Source: Bdellovibrionales bacterium (lineage in GTDB: Bacteria; Bdellovibrionota; Bdellovibrionia; Bdellovibrionales; UBA1609). Taken from it: a stretch of DNA of 64,000 nucleotides. A program made the position numbers and the translations under genes. Location: NCBI GenBank assembly GCA_050250515.1, contig JBFWON010000006.1, positions 237-64,236 of the forward strand, read 5' to 3'. This document shows, one piece after another, positions 16,861-25,723 of the stretch; position 1 is the first letter of the stretch, and each line of letters starts with the position of its first letter. The notes beneath the pieces were generated by a model. That model did no database searches. It saw only the letters and a program-made list of their open reading frames with translations, and was not told the origin of the DNA.

Positions 16861-18321
16861 CTACCCCATCCAGGTTGAGTCCGTTTGTGATTCCCATTTG
16901 ACTGTTATTTTTTTTAGATCGGTCCAAAAATCCAAAGACGAGTGGCCCGTAATGTCCCCATGTCCAAATTTCGAATTTTGCACGCCACCAAAGGAGTACG
17001 GTTCACGGGGGACCGGAACTCCGACATTGACTCCGATCATACCCGCTCGAGCCTGGGAGGCCACACGTTCCGCCAAAGCCCCATTCGCCGTGAATACGCT
17101 ACAGGCGTTGCCATACTCACTGGTCGCCTGAATCGATAGGGCTTCGTCCAAAGTTTGACAGCGAACGATGCTCAAAACTGGACCAAAAAGTTCTTCGACG
17201 GCAGCCTCGCTCCCGGGCTTTACATTATCCAAAATGGTCGGGCCCAACCAATTTCCACCTTCAGCTCCAGCCGGTGGAGTGACGGACCGCCCGTCCAACA
17301 GGATTTTGGCACCGGCTTTTACGGCACGGTCAATGGCACCGAGCAAAAACTTTTTTTGCTCGGGGGAAATGATCGCACCCATGTCTTGGCCCAATCGAAG
17401 GCTTCGAGCCCGCTCTACGATTTTCTCAATGTGGGCATCGACGTCGCCCACCGCCAGCAACACAGAGGCTGCCATACATCTTTGCCCCGCACATCCCGTA
17501 AATGAATCGGAAATCGCCGGGCCACTTAACTGTGGGGACGCATCTGGCAGAAGAATAATGTGATTCTTGGCGCCCCCCAAGGCCAAAACTCTTTTGCCGG
17601 CCTGGCTTCCAACCTGATACACGTGCTTGGCAATTTTGGTAGAGCCCACAAATGCCACGGCCTTGATGCTTGGATGGCGTAACAAGGCCTCGGCGGTGGA
17701 CTCCGCTCCATGGAGGATCGTTAAAATTCCTGCGGGAAGACCAGCCTCCCGCCAAGCTTCCCCGATGAGCGCCGCGGTCAGCGGAGTTTTTTCCGAAGGT
17801 TTCCAAACGTAAGCATTTCCAAGCACAATGGCGATCGGCATGGTCCAGAGGGGCACCATGGCGGGAAAATTAAAAGGCGTGAGACTTGTGACCACGCCCA
17901 AAGGAACCCTTCGGTATTCGCATCGTACTCCTCGAGAGACCTCGCTTCGCCCACCAAGATCCAAATTTTGAATAGAGGTGGCAAACTCTAAGACCTCAAT
18001 CCCTTTAAGCAGTCCCGCTCGGCCCTCGGCCGCAATTTTTCCCGATTCGGCACTTTTGACTTCGCTAATTTTATCCAGATCTCGCAGCAAGATTTCCCTT
18101 AAGCGAAACAATACGACCGATCTCTCTTTAATAGGGCGAGCGGACCATTCCTTTTGCGCCCGAGTGGCGGCGTCGAGCGCCTGCGCAATTTGATCTCCAT
18201 TTGGTACTGAGTACCTACCGAGAGTTCTTCCATCATGGGGGGAGACTTTGTTTATAAGCTCTCCCTTCCCCACCTGCCAGCTTCCATTAATAAGACAGTT
18301 TGACTCGATCATCCCTACCAT
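16861..18321 (-). CDS. mmsA: CoA-acylating (methyl)malonate-semialdehyde dehydrogenase
   Basis: It has the aldehyde dehydrogenase fold with FNFPAMVPLWTMP, VWKPSEKTP, LALGGAKNH and the catalytic-Cys block FTGCAGQRCMAAS typical of MMSDH. The start is ATG 18321 or 18312. Confidence 0.85.
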   Translation of the reverse strand: MVGMIESNCLINGSWQVGKGELINKVSPHDGRTLGRYSVPNGDQIAQALDAATRAQKEWSARPIKERSVVLFRLREILLRDLDKISEVKSAESGKIAAEGRAGLLKGIEVLEFATSIQNLDLGGRSEVSRGVRCEYRRVPLGVVTSLTPFNFPAMVPLWTMPIAIVLGNAYVWKPSEKTPLTAALIGEAWREAGLPAGILTILHGAESTAEALLRHPSIKAVAFVGSTKIAKHVYQVGSQAGKRVLALGGAKNHIILLPDASPQLSGPAISDSFTGCAGQRCMAASVLLAVGDVDAHIEKIVERARSLRLGQDMGAIISPEQKKFLLGAIDRAVKAGAKILLDGRSVTPPAGAEGGNWLGPTILDNVKPGSEAAVEELFGPVLSIVRCQTLDEALSIQATSEYGNACSVFTANGALAERVASQARAGMIGVNVGVPVPREPYSFGGVQNSKFGHGDITGHSSLDFWTDLKKITVKWESQTDSTWMG

Positions 18322-18474
18322 TGAAACAAGCGCTTCAGAGGGCGTCAATCTCAGTCTGGGACACTAACTTTCAGACGAAGTCCACGTATTTGACATCTGA
18401 CCATTCCCCATCTGCGATTGGCGACTATTCGACAAACCCCGAGATTTGCAATTCTCTCGCGCAGGGGGTCTGGC

Positions 18475-19293
18475 ATGCACTTTATGGAGTTCACTCGATC
18501 ACGTATTCAGAAGGCAGCATTGATATTCGGCTCGGTGGTTTTGATGGCCGGGTTCCAAAACTGCTCGGAGACAAAATTCTCTTCGGATGCCGGCAGCTCG
18601 GGTGGCGGGGGCGTAAGCCTCGGGAACAACGACGACGATGCATCGGGGGTTGTGACTCAGACCGGCGGACCCAATTGCCGCGACGAATTGCGCAGCCTGA
18701 CTTCACCCGTCAACATGATCTTTGTCCTCGACGCTTCGGGCTCTAACGTCAGTGACCCGCCTCCGGGTAGCGATCCTAACAAGGCCGTCCGCGGGGACTC
18801 TATCCAGCGTTTCTACAATTCCTACAAGGACAAAACCAACTTCTCTTGGTCCTTTATCTACTTCAAAGGCAATTCCGCAACGACCTTGCTCTCTGCCGGA
18901 AACGCGAGCTCCATGCAAGCCGCGATCAACGCCTTCATGGCCGAATCCGACAACGGCAACACGCCCTATGTAGCGGCGCTAAATAAGACAGCCGATACGG
19001 TCAATACATCCGGTGTAAAGAATATTGTCGTTTTCATGTCAGACGGTAAGCCCAATCCCCCGGTGAATGACAGCACGTTGAATAGCAACGTGACCGCTAT
19101 TTTGAACAAGGCTCCCGGGGCCGTGAGTTTTAATACGGTCTACTACGGACCGACAAATCCCGAAGCTTCGAGCCGACTCAGCATGATGGCCTCGACGGGT
19201 CAAGGCAATTTTCTGGACACCAACGTGAATCCCACGGGCAATGCCTTTTTAATAAGCGACTTGGTCATTGTTCCGGGCGTGGTTTGCCAGTAG
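18475..19293 (+). CDS. vWA-domain lipoprotein
   Basis: The start is trimmed to ATG 18475. The signal plus Cys is ALIFGSVVLMAGFQNCS. A MIDAS-like block MIFVLDASGSN is present, later followed by IVVFMSDGKPN. Confidence 0.7.
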   Translation: MHFMEFTRSRIQKAALIFGSVVLMAGFQNCSETKFSSDAGSSGGGGVSLGNNDDDASGVVTQTGGPNCRDELRSLTSPVNMIFVLDASGSNVSDPPPGSDPNKAVRGDSIQRFYNSYKDKTNFSWSFIYFKGNSATTLLSAGNASSMQAAINAFMAESDNGNTPYVAALNKTADTVNTSGVKNIVVFMSDGKPNPPVNDSTLNSNVTAILNKAPGAVSFNTVYYGPTNPEASSRLSMMASTGQGNFLDTNVNPTGNAFLISDLVIVPGVVCQ

Positions 19294-19383
19294 GCCGCGG
19301 TTGCCGCCACTGGTCATTCAGTCCAAAGTCTGAACCCTGCTTTTTTTAGTTTATAAACAAGTTTTCTTCACTAAACTGGCTTC

Positions 19384-20274
19384 ATGGCTTTTTGTCGGAT
19401 CCGGTCAGAAGACTCAACCACGATCGCAAAGCTGGCTGGCGCCTTGTATGTGCAAATCGCACCGGATCGCTATGTCAAAGTCGCCAACTCAGGCCGGGAA
19501 CTCACGCAAAAGCGCCTCTCTTCTTACCGCAATCGTGGCGTCGAATTTTTCTACGTCCGGGAAGAGGACTTTGCCGAATTGGTGGGCTTTAAGATTCAAG
19601 CGGATAATGCGGTCACAGAGGCTCAGAAGGCCCAGCAGATGGCGGTCAATATGGCCGTCTCCCGAGTTGTAGAGTTTGAACTCAATCGCGAAGGCCTCGA
19701 ACCCAATGTCATGCACGATGGATGCGCCTACATAGAAGCCGTCATGCAGACTGTCAATCAGGACATCCAAATCGTCGAACTCTTTCAGTCCCTGCAGACC
19801 CACTCGATCTCGACCTTCACTCACTGTCTGGGAGTTGGAACCTACACCACCATGATTGGTTCAGGCCTTGGCCCCTTCTCGCCTTCGACCAAGTTCGCAC
19901 TGGCCCTGGCGGGAACCTTTCGCAACATCGGCCAACAGGAATTGAGCCAACATCTTTTGTCGAAACCCAGAACCACTTGGACTGAAAGTGACTGGCAAGA
20001 CTTCGAACTTCACCGCGAACTGGGGCTTGGAATCTTGCAAGAAGTCTCGTCGATACCAAGTGAAACCATTCAAATTCTAACCCCAGGCCCGAACAAGACC
20101 ACCCATGCGCTTTCTCCCATTGTTGAACTGGCCGAAGAAGTCACCCTACTGGTCCTCGGCGGCGCGAACCTTCCTGGTATGCCGGCTAAACGAGCGGCTC
20201 AGGAACTCAAAAATCGCGACAATCCCCCTTGGGATGCGAAAACCATGACCGCATTTGAGTCGATTCTTCAATAG
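19384..20274 (+). CDS. Degenerate HD-GYP-like domain protein
   Basis: THCLGVGTYTTMIGSGLG...ALALAGTFRNIGQQEL...LSKPRTTWTESDWQDFELHRELGLGILQ aligns by eye with the HD-GYP core. The LHDIGK position reads FRNIGQ, and no HHE/GYP block follows. Confidence 0.5.
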   Translation: MAFCRIRSEDSTTIAKLAGALYVQIAPDRYVKVANSGRELTQKRLSSYRNRGVEFFYVREEDFAELVGFKIQADNAVTEAQKAQQMAVNMAVSRVVEFELNREGLEPNVMHDGCAYIEAVMQTVNQDIQIVELFQSLQTHSISTFTHCLGVGTYTTMIGSGLGPFSPSTKFALALAGTFRNIGQQELSQHLLSKPRTTWTESDWQDFELHRELGLGILQEVSSIPSETIQILTPGPNKTTHALSPIVELAEEVTLLVLGGANLPGMPAKRAAQELKNRDNPPWDAKTMTAFESILQ

Positions 20275-20852
20275 GGAACAGATCTGGCCCCGAGCAAAAT
20301 CCGCTTTTGCCCATCCCGATCCTGATAGAACTTCGGTAGAAGTCCACATTCCATGGGCCAACTTCGTCTTCGATCTTCCTTAAATTCAAGTTTATTGAAG
20401 TCGAGTTCGTAGGCCATCACGCGAGTCAAACTGGGCGCATGTTGCCCATTCAAAAAGAAACGCATTTTGGTGCCGGTCAAAACGGGTTCCACAAAGAGCA
20501 AGCGAGTGACTTCGTCCGCCCACAATGGATAGAGGTCGAAGGCCAGCTGAGGGCTCTGAAATACAGGTTTCGAGTCCTTGCCCAATCCCTTAAAGGGAAA
20601 AACCACCGCGAAACTCTCCATCCCCGTCTTAGAATTGAGCACGATGGCCGCCAGCACGTACTGATCGCCCTTAGGCAAAGTGACAACGGCACAATCCAGA
20701 TTCAAAAACTTCGCACCGGCGGAGACTCGATTTAAAATCTCCTGAGAGCGAAGAGTCTTTTTTATTTCGGGGCTGCAAGTGGCGTCCGAGGCCGGCGCCT
20801 GCGCCCAGGCTCGGAAAATCAGGAGTGAAAGAATCCCAACGACGAGCTTCAC
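20268..20852 (-). CDS. Secreted hypothetical protein, translationally coupled to the GH73-like gene
   Basis: Its GTG start overlaps the upstream stop (GTGA at 20849-20852). The signal peptide is KLVVGILSLLIFRAWAQA. No recognisable family was found. Confidence 0.5.
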   Translation of the reverse strand: MKLVVGILSLLIFRAWAQAPASDATCSPEIKKTLRSQEILNRVSAGAKFLNLDCAVVTLPKGDQYVLAAIVLNSKTGMESFAVVFPFKGLGKDSKPVFQSPQLAFDLYPLWADEVTRLLFVEPVLTGTKMRFFLNGQHAPSLTRVMAYELDFNKLEFKEDRRRSWPMECGLLPKFYQDRDGQKRILLGARSVPY

Positions 20853-21553
20853 TTTTTCTCCCGTTTCTTACGCATACAGTTCCAGCATTCAAAATCATCA
20901 TACTGAATCAGATTCAAGTCATTTATCCCGTTAAAGACGGCGTCCATAAAATTAGTGGTGCTCGTCATAAAGGTCAGCATGGGCGTCACTGTTCTGACGG
21001 ACGGTGGACGCGCGGGGAAGGTTTTCCAAGATTTGGCTAGCTCCTCTTGCACCCGCTCGTATATGGGCATTTTAGATTGCAAGACCATGCTGAGGAAAAA
21101 CGAAACCGAATCTTCCCACTTAGCAAAATGCCAAAAATTCCCTCGCCCCTTCTTCTTTGGTCCTTTGCACTCGGCGTGAAAGCTCCAAGTGTCCTTGTCG
21201 ATCACCAGTTGTCCCGAAACCTTTGCTCCCACCGTCGAACAGTTGAGGTCATAAATGTTGTGGTGGTCCTGAAAGGCTTCCGAGCGGCCCCAACTCGAGA
21301 TAAAGCCGGCGTGACCGACAAGCAAAGAGGCGGGGTAACCGGTCATGGTGAAGACATATCGGGCGAGAGGGAACATCCACTCGGCAAATTTTCTAGGCCG
21401 AACATTGTCCTTAAGGTCTTCGAGCCCGGCCCCTACTTTTGCATCCAAAGCGTAGGCCATATTGGTGCAAACATCACGATTGTCGACCGCACACTTCATC
21501 GCGGGTTCAGAGGCCATCACCACACTGGAGAGAACGATAAGTCCCAACACCAA
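20849..21553 (-). CDS. Secreted glucosaminidase (GH73/FlgJ-C)-like protein
   Basis: It has a signal-like N-terminus. FPLARYVFTMTGYPASLLVGHAGFISSWGRSEAFQDHHNIYDL and FWHFAKWEDSVSFFLSMV resemble the PF01832 blocks (…AQAALESGWGxS…NNLFG… / …F..Y.S..eSi.dy..ll). Confidence 0.45.
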   Translation of the reverse strand: MVLGLIVLSSVVMASEPAMKCAVDNRDVCTNMAYALDAKVGAGLEDLKDNVRPRKFAEWMFPLARYVFTMTGYPASLLVGHAGFISSWGRSEAFQDHHNIYDLNCSTVGAKVSGQLVIDKDTWSFHAECKGPKKKGRGNFWHFAKWEDSVSFFLSMVLQSKMPIYERVQEELAKSWKTFPARPPSVRTVTPMLTFMTSTTNFMDAVFNGINDLNLIQYDDFECWNCMRKKREKK

Positions 21554-21616
21554 TCACAGTCTGAACCACTCGCCGACGTGAGTCAAATGTGGACCCGGGG
21601 CCACATCTGGCGGGAA

Positions 21617-23050
21617 ATGAAGTTGGTGTCAATTAAAACTGGACTCTCCGTTTGTCTGTGGGTTTTTGCGTTTTCCTTCACTCTGTTTGCCATTCAGTCC
21701 GGTGATGCCCTTATCTATCTCGCGATCGCCCGCGATATTCTTCTCAAAGGGGAATGGCACAACATCCCCGACCCGTACGCTTATACAGGGCAACACTCCC
21801 TCTTGATCTGGACTCACGAGTATCTCTCTTACCTGCTGTTTTGGTGGGCCTCGGAAGCGGCCGGCTTAGCTGGACTGATCCTCTTTAAAGCTCTTGTCTG
21901 GGGGGCCGTATTCTTAATTGTTCTTAGAAGCAAGCCTACCGTGCAAAACACGTCATGGCTTTGGATGGCGGCCTGGGCGATGGCCGTTTTAGCTGGCTCC
22001 TTTCGCTTCATCGAACGAAGCTCCATGCTGTCAGACCTCCTGACTGTTTGGCTAGTCTATGACCTGATCGATCGGGAAAAAGTGGAGCGAACTTGGCTCT
22101 TTCGAACCACGCTGCTCTTTGCACTATGGGTGAACCTGCACCCTGGCTTTCCCATCGGATTTGCCCTGCTTTTGATTTGGGCCATACATCGCACCTGGAT
22201 TGCAAAAACGATCACGCTTCGTCAGTGGCCATGGCTTTTGCTTCCTGTCTTGGCCACCTGTGTACACCCCGAGCTTTGGCGGGGACTTAGCTACCCATTC
22301 GAATTTGCCGCCGGTTCCGAGGCTTCCATATTCAAAAAATATAATTTTGAGTGGATGCCACCGTACCACCCCCTGTTTAGGTGGGCTCCGGAGACCGTGG
22401 CCTTTTGGTGCCTCGTCGGTCTTACATTCTTCACCTTGCTGCGCGAGCGCTCGTGGTTCTCGCTTCGCACCTGGTTCGCCCTCTTCAGTTTAGCGATGGC
22501 TCTTAAAGCGGTACGATTTGTTCCCTGGGTTTCATTTTCGCTTTTGATCTGCATCAAGCCTTGGTGCGAGCTGAAACTCATCTCCAACTTTCCTCGTCGG
22601 TTCGCCGCGACCCTCGTTGGCGTTTTGCTCCTGGCGATCGCGATCAAAAATGTCACCCTTGGCTATCGGGCTTCCTCTGGAGCCCGGCTGCCCACCTGGG
22701 GACTCGACCCCAAATTTTTTCCGGTCCAGACGGTTCAGTTTTTGCGAAATCAGCCGATTCCGGGGCGACTCTACAACTCCCATGATCTGGGCGGCTATTT
22801 GATTTGGACCAAGATGACCCCTGTTTTTCACCACGGCTTTATGACGGATATGGAGTTTTACGAAAAAGAAGTCATCGGCGTCCTTAACTCAAAGGCGGAA
22901 TTTGACCGACTCGCTGAAAAGTACAATTGGACCATGCTTTTGGTGGAGCGCTATGGAACCTTTTTTCGCTGGCGTCAGATCCTAATCGACGATCCGCGCT
23001 GGCGAATCGTGGCAGAAGATGAGGCCTCCTACCTGATTTACAAATTCTAA
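21617..23050 (+). CDS. Polytopic membrane protein, possible GT-C-type glycosyltransferase
   Basis: The track ORF (21047) overlaps the opposite-strand gene, so the start is trimmed to ATG 21617 (or 21587). It has about 10 TM segments and a C-terminal soluble domain. Confidence 0.45.
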   Translation: MKLVSIKTGLSVCLWVFAFSFTLFAIQSGDALIYLAIARDILLKGEWHNIPDPYAYTGQHSLLIWTHEYLSYLLFWWASEAAGLAGLILFKALVWGAVFLIVLRSKPTVQNTSWLWMAAWAMAVLAGSFRFIERSSMLSDLLTVWLVYDLIDREKVERTWLFRTTLLFALWVNLHPGFPIGFALLLIWAIHRTWIAKTITLRQWPWLLLPVLATCVHPELWRGLSYPFEFAAGSEASIFKKYNFEWMPPYHPLFRWAPETVAFWCLVGLTFFTLLRERSWFSLRTWFALFSLAMALKAVRFVPWVSFSLLICIKPWCELKLISNFPRRFAATLVGVLLLAIAIKNVTLGYRASSGARLPTWGLDPKFFPVQTVQFLRNQPIPGRLYNSHDLGGYLIWTKMTPVFHHGFMTDMEFYEKEVIGVLNSKAEFDRLAEKYNWTMLLVERYGTFFRWRQILIDDPRWRIVAEDEASYLIYKF

Positions 23051-23097
23051 GGTGCCTGCTAACTTTCTTCCGACCGCCGCATCATAGGAGGTTTTTA

Positions 23098-23583
23098 ATG
23101 AAAGAATCATTGGTTGTCGCCGCCGGATGTTTTTGGGGTGTTGAGGAACTCATTCGAAAGGTCGATGGAGTCTTGGATACGGAAGTCGGCTACACGGGAG
23201 GAAAAACCGAAAACCCCACCTACGAAACAGTGAAAACCGGATCGACCGGTCATGCCGAATCGATCCGTATCACCTTCGACTCAGCCAAGATCTCGCGGGC
23301 CGATCTTTTGCAACTCTTTTTTAAACTGCACGATCCCACCACACGCAATCGCCAAGGTAATGATGTTGGTTCTCAATACCGCTCGGCCATCTTTGTTTCC
23401 AATGCCGAGGAAGAATCTGTCGCTCGCGCCAGTATCGAAGAGGCTTTAAGGTCCGGCCGCTGGTCCAGGCCCGTCGTGACCACGATCGAGCCGCTAAAGA
23501 CCTTTTACTCCGCCGAAGCCTATCACCAAAATTACCTGCAAAAGAATCCCGGTGGTTACACCTGCCACTTTTGGCGAGAGTAA
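23098..23583 (+). CDS. msrA: Peptide-methionine (S)-S-oxide reductase
   Basis: It has the AGCFWGVEE active-site motif, plus GHAESIRITFD and QGNDVGSQYRSAIF. TAGGAGG lies upstream. Confidence 0.93.
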   Translation: MKESLVVAAGCFWGVEELIRKVDGVLDTEVGYTGGKTENPTYETVKTGSTGHAESIRITFDSAKISRADLLQLFFKLHDPTTRNRQGNDVGSQYRSAIFVSNAEEESVARASIEEALRSGRWSRPVVTTIEPLKTFYSAEAYHQNYLQKNPGGYTCHFWRE

Positions 23584-24393
23584 TTAAAAGAGCTCTTCGC
23601 AAACCGCTTGCGTGTCAGAAGCAATCAAACTTCCGATGCGCGTGTACACCTGATAGCAAGCGGAATTCAGCTCGGCCTCACGGCGATTGATCGGGCCAAA
23701 GTGGGCCCGAAGAAGTCGCAAGAGAGTGGCGGCATATTCAGCGGCGAACGCCGGGCATTTCTTAGTAAACTCTTGAAATCGAGCTCCAGCGCCACTGCCC
23801 AGCACGCTTTGCGCCTTACAAGATACGCCTTGCTTAAATTCCGCCAACCGACAGCGCGCGGGATTGGCTTGATACTCATCGTAAAGGTCCCGAAGAAGCG
23901 AGGAGGCGCCGATCGAATTGTAACTGAATTGAAAGGTGCCGGCCTCCGCTTCACTGGACGGACGATTAGAACCGGCGGATCGATCCCATCCCTCACAGTA
24001 CTCTCCTGAGCTCTCGCGCATTCCCAACCCGGTGGTCAGCGTATAAAGGGAAATCAACACATTGGGACCCGCCTTTTCAATCGACATGGATTTCGACTGA
24101 AACTGGCTCCGGTAATGAGCCAAAGCGTCTTTTGAAGGACTCGAGGCGGCAGCTCTCGCCATCAACTGCGCCAACGGGTTGGGAGAATCGCCCAAATAAT
24201 ACCGACAAAGACTGCGTGCATAGCTTAAGGCCATGCCTTTCATGTAACCGCTGGGCGCCCGTCCTCGATTTTTCCAACTGTAGGAGGAACACGATGAAGC
24301 CATCATTAGGCTTTGGACCTCATCGGAATAAGTGGCGTGAGCCATGGAAGCCCCGGACAACATAAGGCCAAGAATAGCGACCCGTAAAAGCAT
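23584..24393 (-). CDS. Secreted Cys-rich protein, possibly lysozyme/SLT-like
   Basis: The signal peptide is MLLRVAILGLMLSGASMAHA. GLGMRESSGEY...AEAGTFQFSYNS loosely resembles the E-S...GxxQ blocks of lytic transglycosylases. Confidence 0.35.
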   Translation of the reverse strand: MLLRVAILGLMLSGASMAHATYSDEVQSLMMASSCSSYSWKNRGRAPSGYMKGMALSYARSLCRYYLGDSPNPLAQLMARAAASSPSKDALAHYRSQFQSKSMSIEKAGPNVLISLYTLTTGLGMRESSGEYCEGWDRSAGSNRPSSEAEAGTFQFSYNSIGASSLLRDLYDEYQANPARCRLAEFKQGVSCKAQSVLGSGAGARFQEFTKKCPAFAAEYAATLLRLLRAHFGPINRREAELNSACYQVYTRIGSLIASDTQAVCEELF

Positions 24394-24502
24394 AGGGATT
24401 GGTCGGAAGGATGCGGCGTGATTTGGAGCGAATCGGGAGACTATCTGTTACCCAAGCGAACTCTTCTCACATTGAGTCTTGGCATTAGGCGTCATCTACG
24501 GT

Positions 24503-25426
24503 ATGACAGGGACCATGATTTCGATTACTTGCCTCTACAAATTTCAGCCGGTGCCGGCCCAAGAACTCACAGATCGAAAGACTTGGCTTGAGAGCTTGGC
24601 TTCGCGACATAAGATTAAGGGACTCGTATTGATCGGGACTGAAGGGATCAACTTTACCGTCTCGGGCAAGAGCCCGAAACTTCAGAGTTTCAAATCCGAG
24701 CTTGTCGATCAATGGAAGATTCAAGACCCTGAATTCAAGGATTCCGAAGCTTCCCACCATCCTTTTCATGAGTTCGTAGTCAAAATTAAGGATGAAATTG
24801 TTCATATTGGTGACACCTCAATGATTCCCGTCGGCGGCAAGGATGGCCATATTTCGCCCAAAGAATGGAATGCCAAAATTCAAAGTGGAGCCGTAGTCGT
24901 CGACACTCGTAACGACTATGAGTACGAAATTGGCCGTTTCAAAGGCGCCTTAAACCTGAACCTTAAAGAATTTCATGAATTCCCTGACGTCGTGGCCAAT
25001 ACAGATTTGCCAAAGGACAAGGAAATTCTGATTTACTGCACGGGCGGCATCCGCTGTGAAAAAGCGATTCTAGCCATGCGCCAACAAGGTTACGACAAAG
25101 TCTATCAGCTAGATGGCGGCATCCTTAAGTATCTTGAAGAATGCCCGGACCAAGAATTCGAAGGTGAGTGCTTTGTCTTTGATTATCGCGTGGCCGTCGA
25201 TCAAAGGTTGCAACCGTCTTCTCGCTACAAGCTCTGCGTGCACTGCGGTCAAGCCTCTGACCGGGAAGTGAAGTGTTCCCTCTGCGGAACTACGGGTATC
25301 GTTTGCCATCACTGTCAAGACGCGGGCATCAACACCTGCTCGAAAAATTGTGCTCATCATGTGAAAATCGGGAGCCGATCCAAGCGCCCCCACATACAAG
25401 AACTCTCAAAGCGCGCCAAAAACTAA
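24503..25426 (+). CDS. trhO: Rhodanese-domain tRNA U34 hydroxylase TrhO (YceA/UPF0176)
   Basis: It has ISITCLYKF at the N-terminus, the rhodanese loop IYCTGGIRCEKA, and a C-terminal Cys-rich tail CVHCGQ...CSLCG...CHHCQ. Confidence 0.85.
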   Translation: MTGTMISITCLYKFQPVPAQELTDRKTWLESLASRHKIKGLVLIGTEGINFTVSGKSPKLQSFKSELVDQWKIQDPEFKDSEASHHPFHEFVVKIKDEIVHIGDTSMIPVGGKDGHISPKEWNAKIQSGAVVVDTRNDYEYEIGRFKGALNLNLKEFHEFPDVVANTDLPKDKEILIYCTGGIRCEKAILAMRQQGYDKVYQLDGGILKYLEECPDQEFEGECFVFDYRVAVDQRLQPSSRYKLCVHCGQASDREVKCSLCGTTGIVCHHCQDAGINTCSKNCAHHVKIGSRSKRPHIQELSKRAKN

Positions 25427-25457
25427 GGGCCTAGATTTAGGCATCTCATCTAGGCCC
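25427..25457. terminator. Perfect 10-bp hairpin immediately after the trhO stop
   Basis: GGGCCTAGAT pairs with ATCTAGGCCC around an 11-nt loop. A T-rich tract (TTAGTTTTT) follows only on the minus-strand reading. Confidence 0.55.
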
Positions 25458-25696
25458 AGACGACTCCGCACAAGGCGATGAAGTGTTCAGCTCGATTGCG
25501 ATGTGCCTTCGTCGCCGACCCGTTTAAAAGACGGTGACTCCTCACAATTTCGCGGTTGCCACAACCACGCTGATGGCGCCCTTCACTTCAACTTTCATTC
25601 CAGCGTTGAACAAAAATAGGGGGCCCTCCGCCGAGTTGGAACGGGTTCAAATGTGGATTTTAACCACGAATCGGGGCTTGCTGCCTCGTTGTCCTC

Positions 25697-25723
25697 AAAA
25701 AAAAGCCGGGCTCAGGGCCCGGC
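25697..25723 (-). terminator. Rho-independent terminator of the pyrophosphatase gene
   Basis: On the minus strand it reads GCCGGGC-cctga-GCCCGGC followed by T8. Confidence 0.8.

Noticed and set aside
19300-19315. GCCACTG (a B12-box-like core) upstream of the HD-GYP-like gene
   Set aside because: The intergenic region is only ~90 nt. This is far too short for a cobalamin riboswitch, and the other conserved elements are absent.
21047-21616. N-terminal 190 aa of the 667-aa track ORF
   Set aside because: It overlaps the opposite-strand GH73-like gene almost completely. Membrane-protein features begin only after ATG 21587/21617, so the start was trimmed.
25640-25660. GGGTTCAAATG, a T-loop-like string in the intergenic spacer
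   Set aside because: No complementary T-stem or cloverleaf could be drawn around it.
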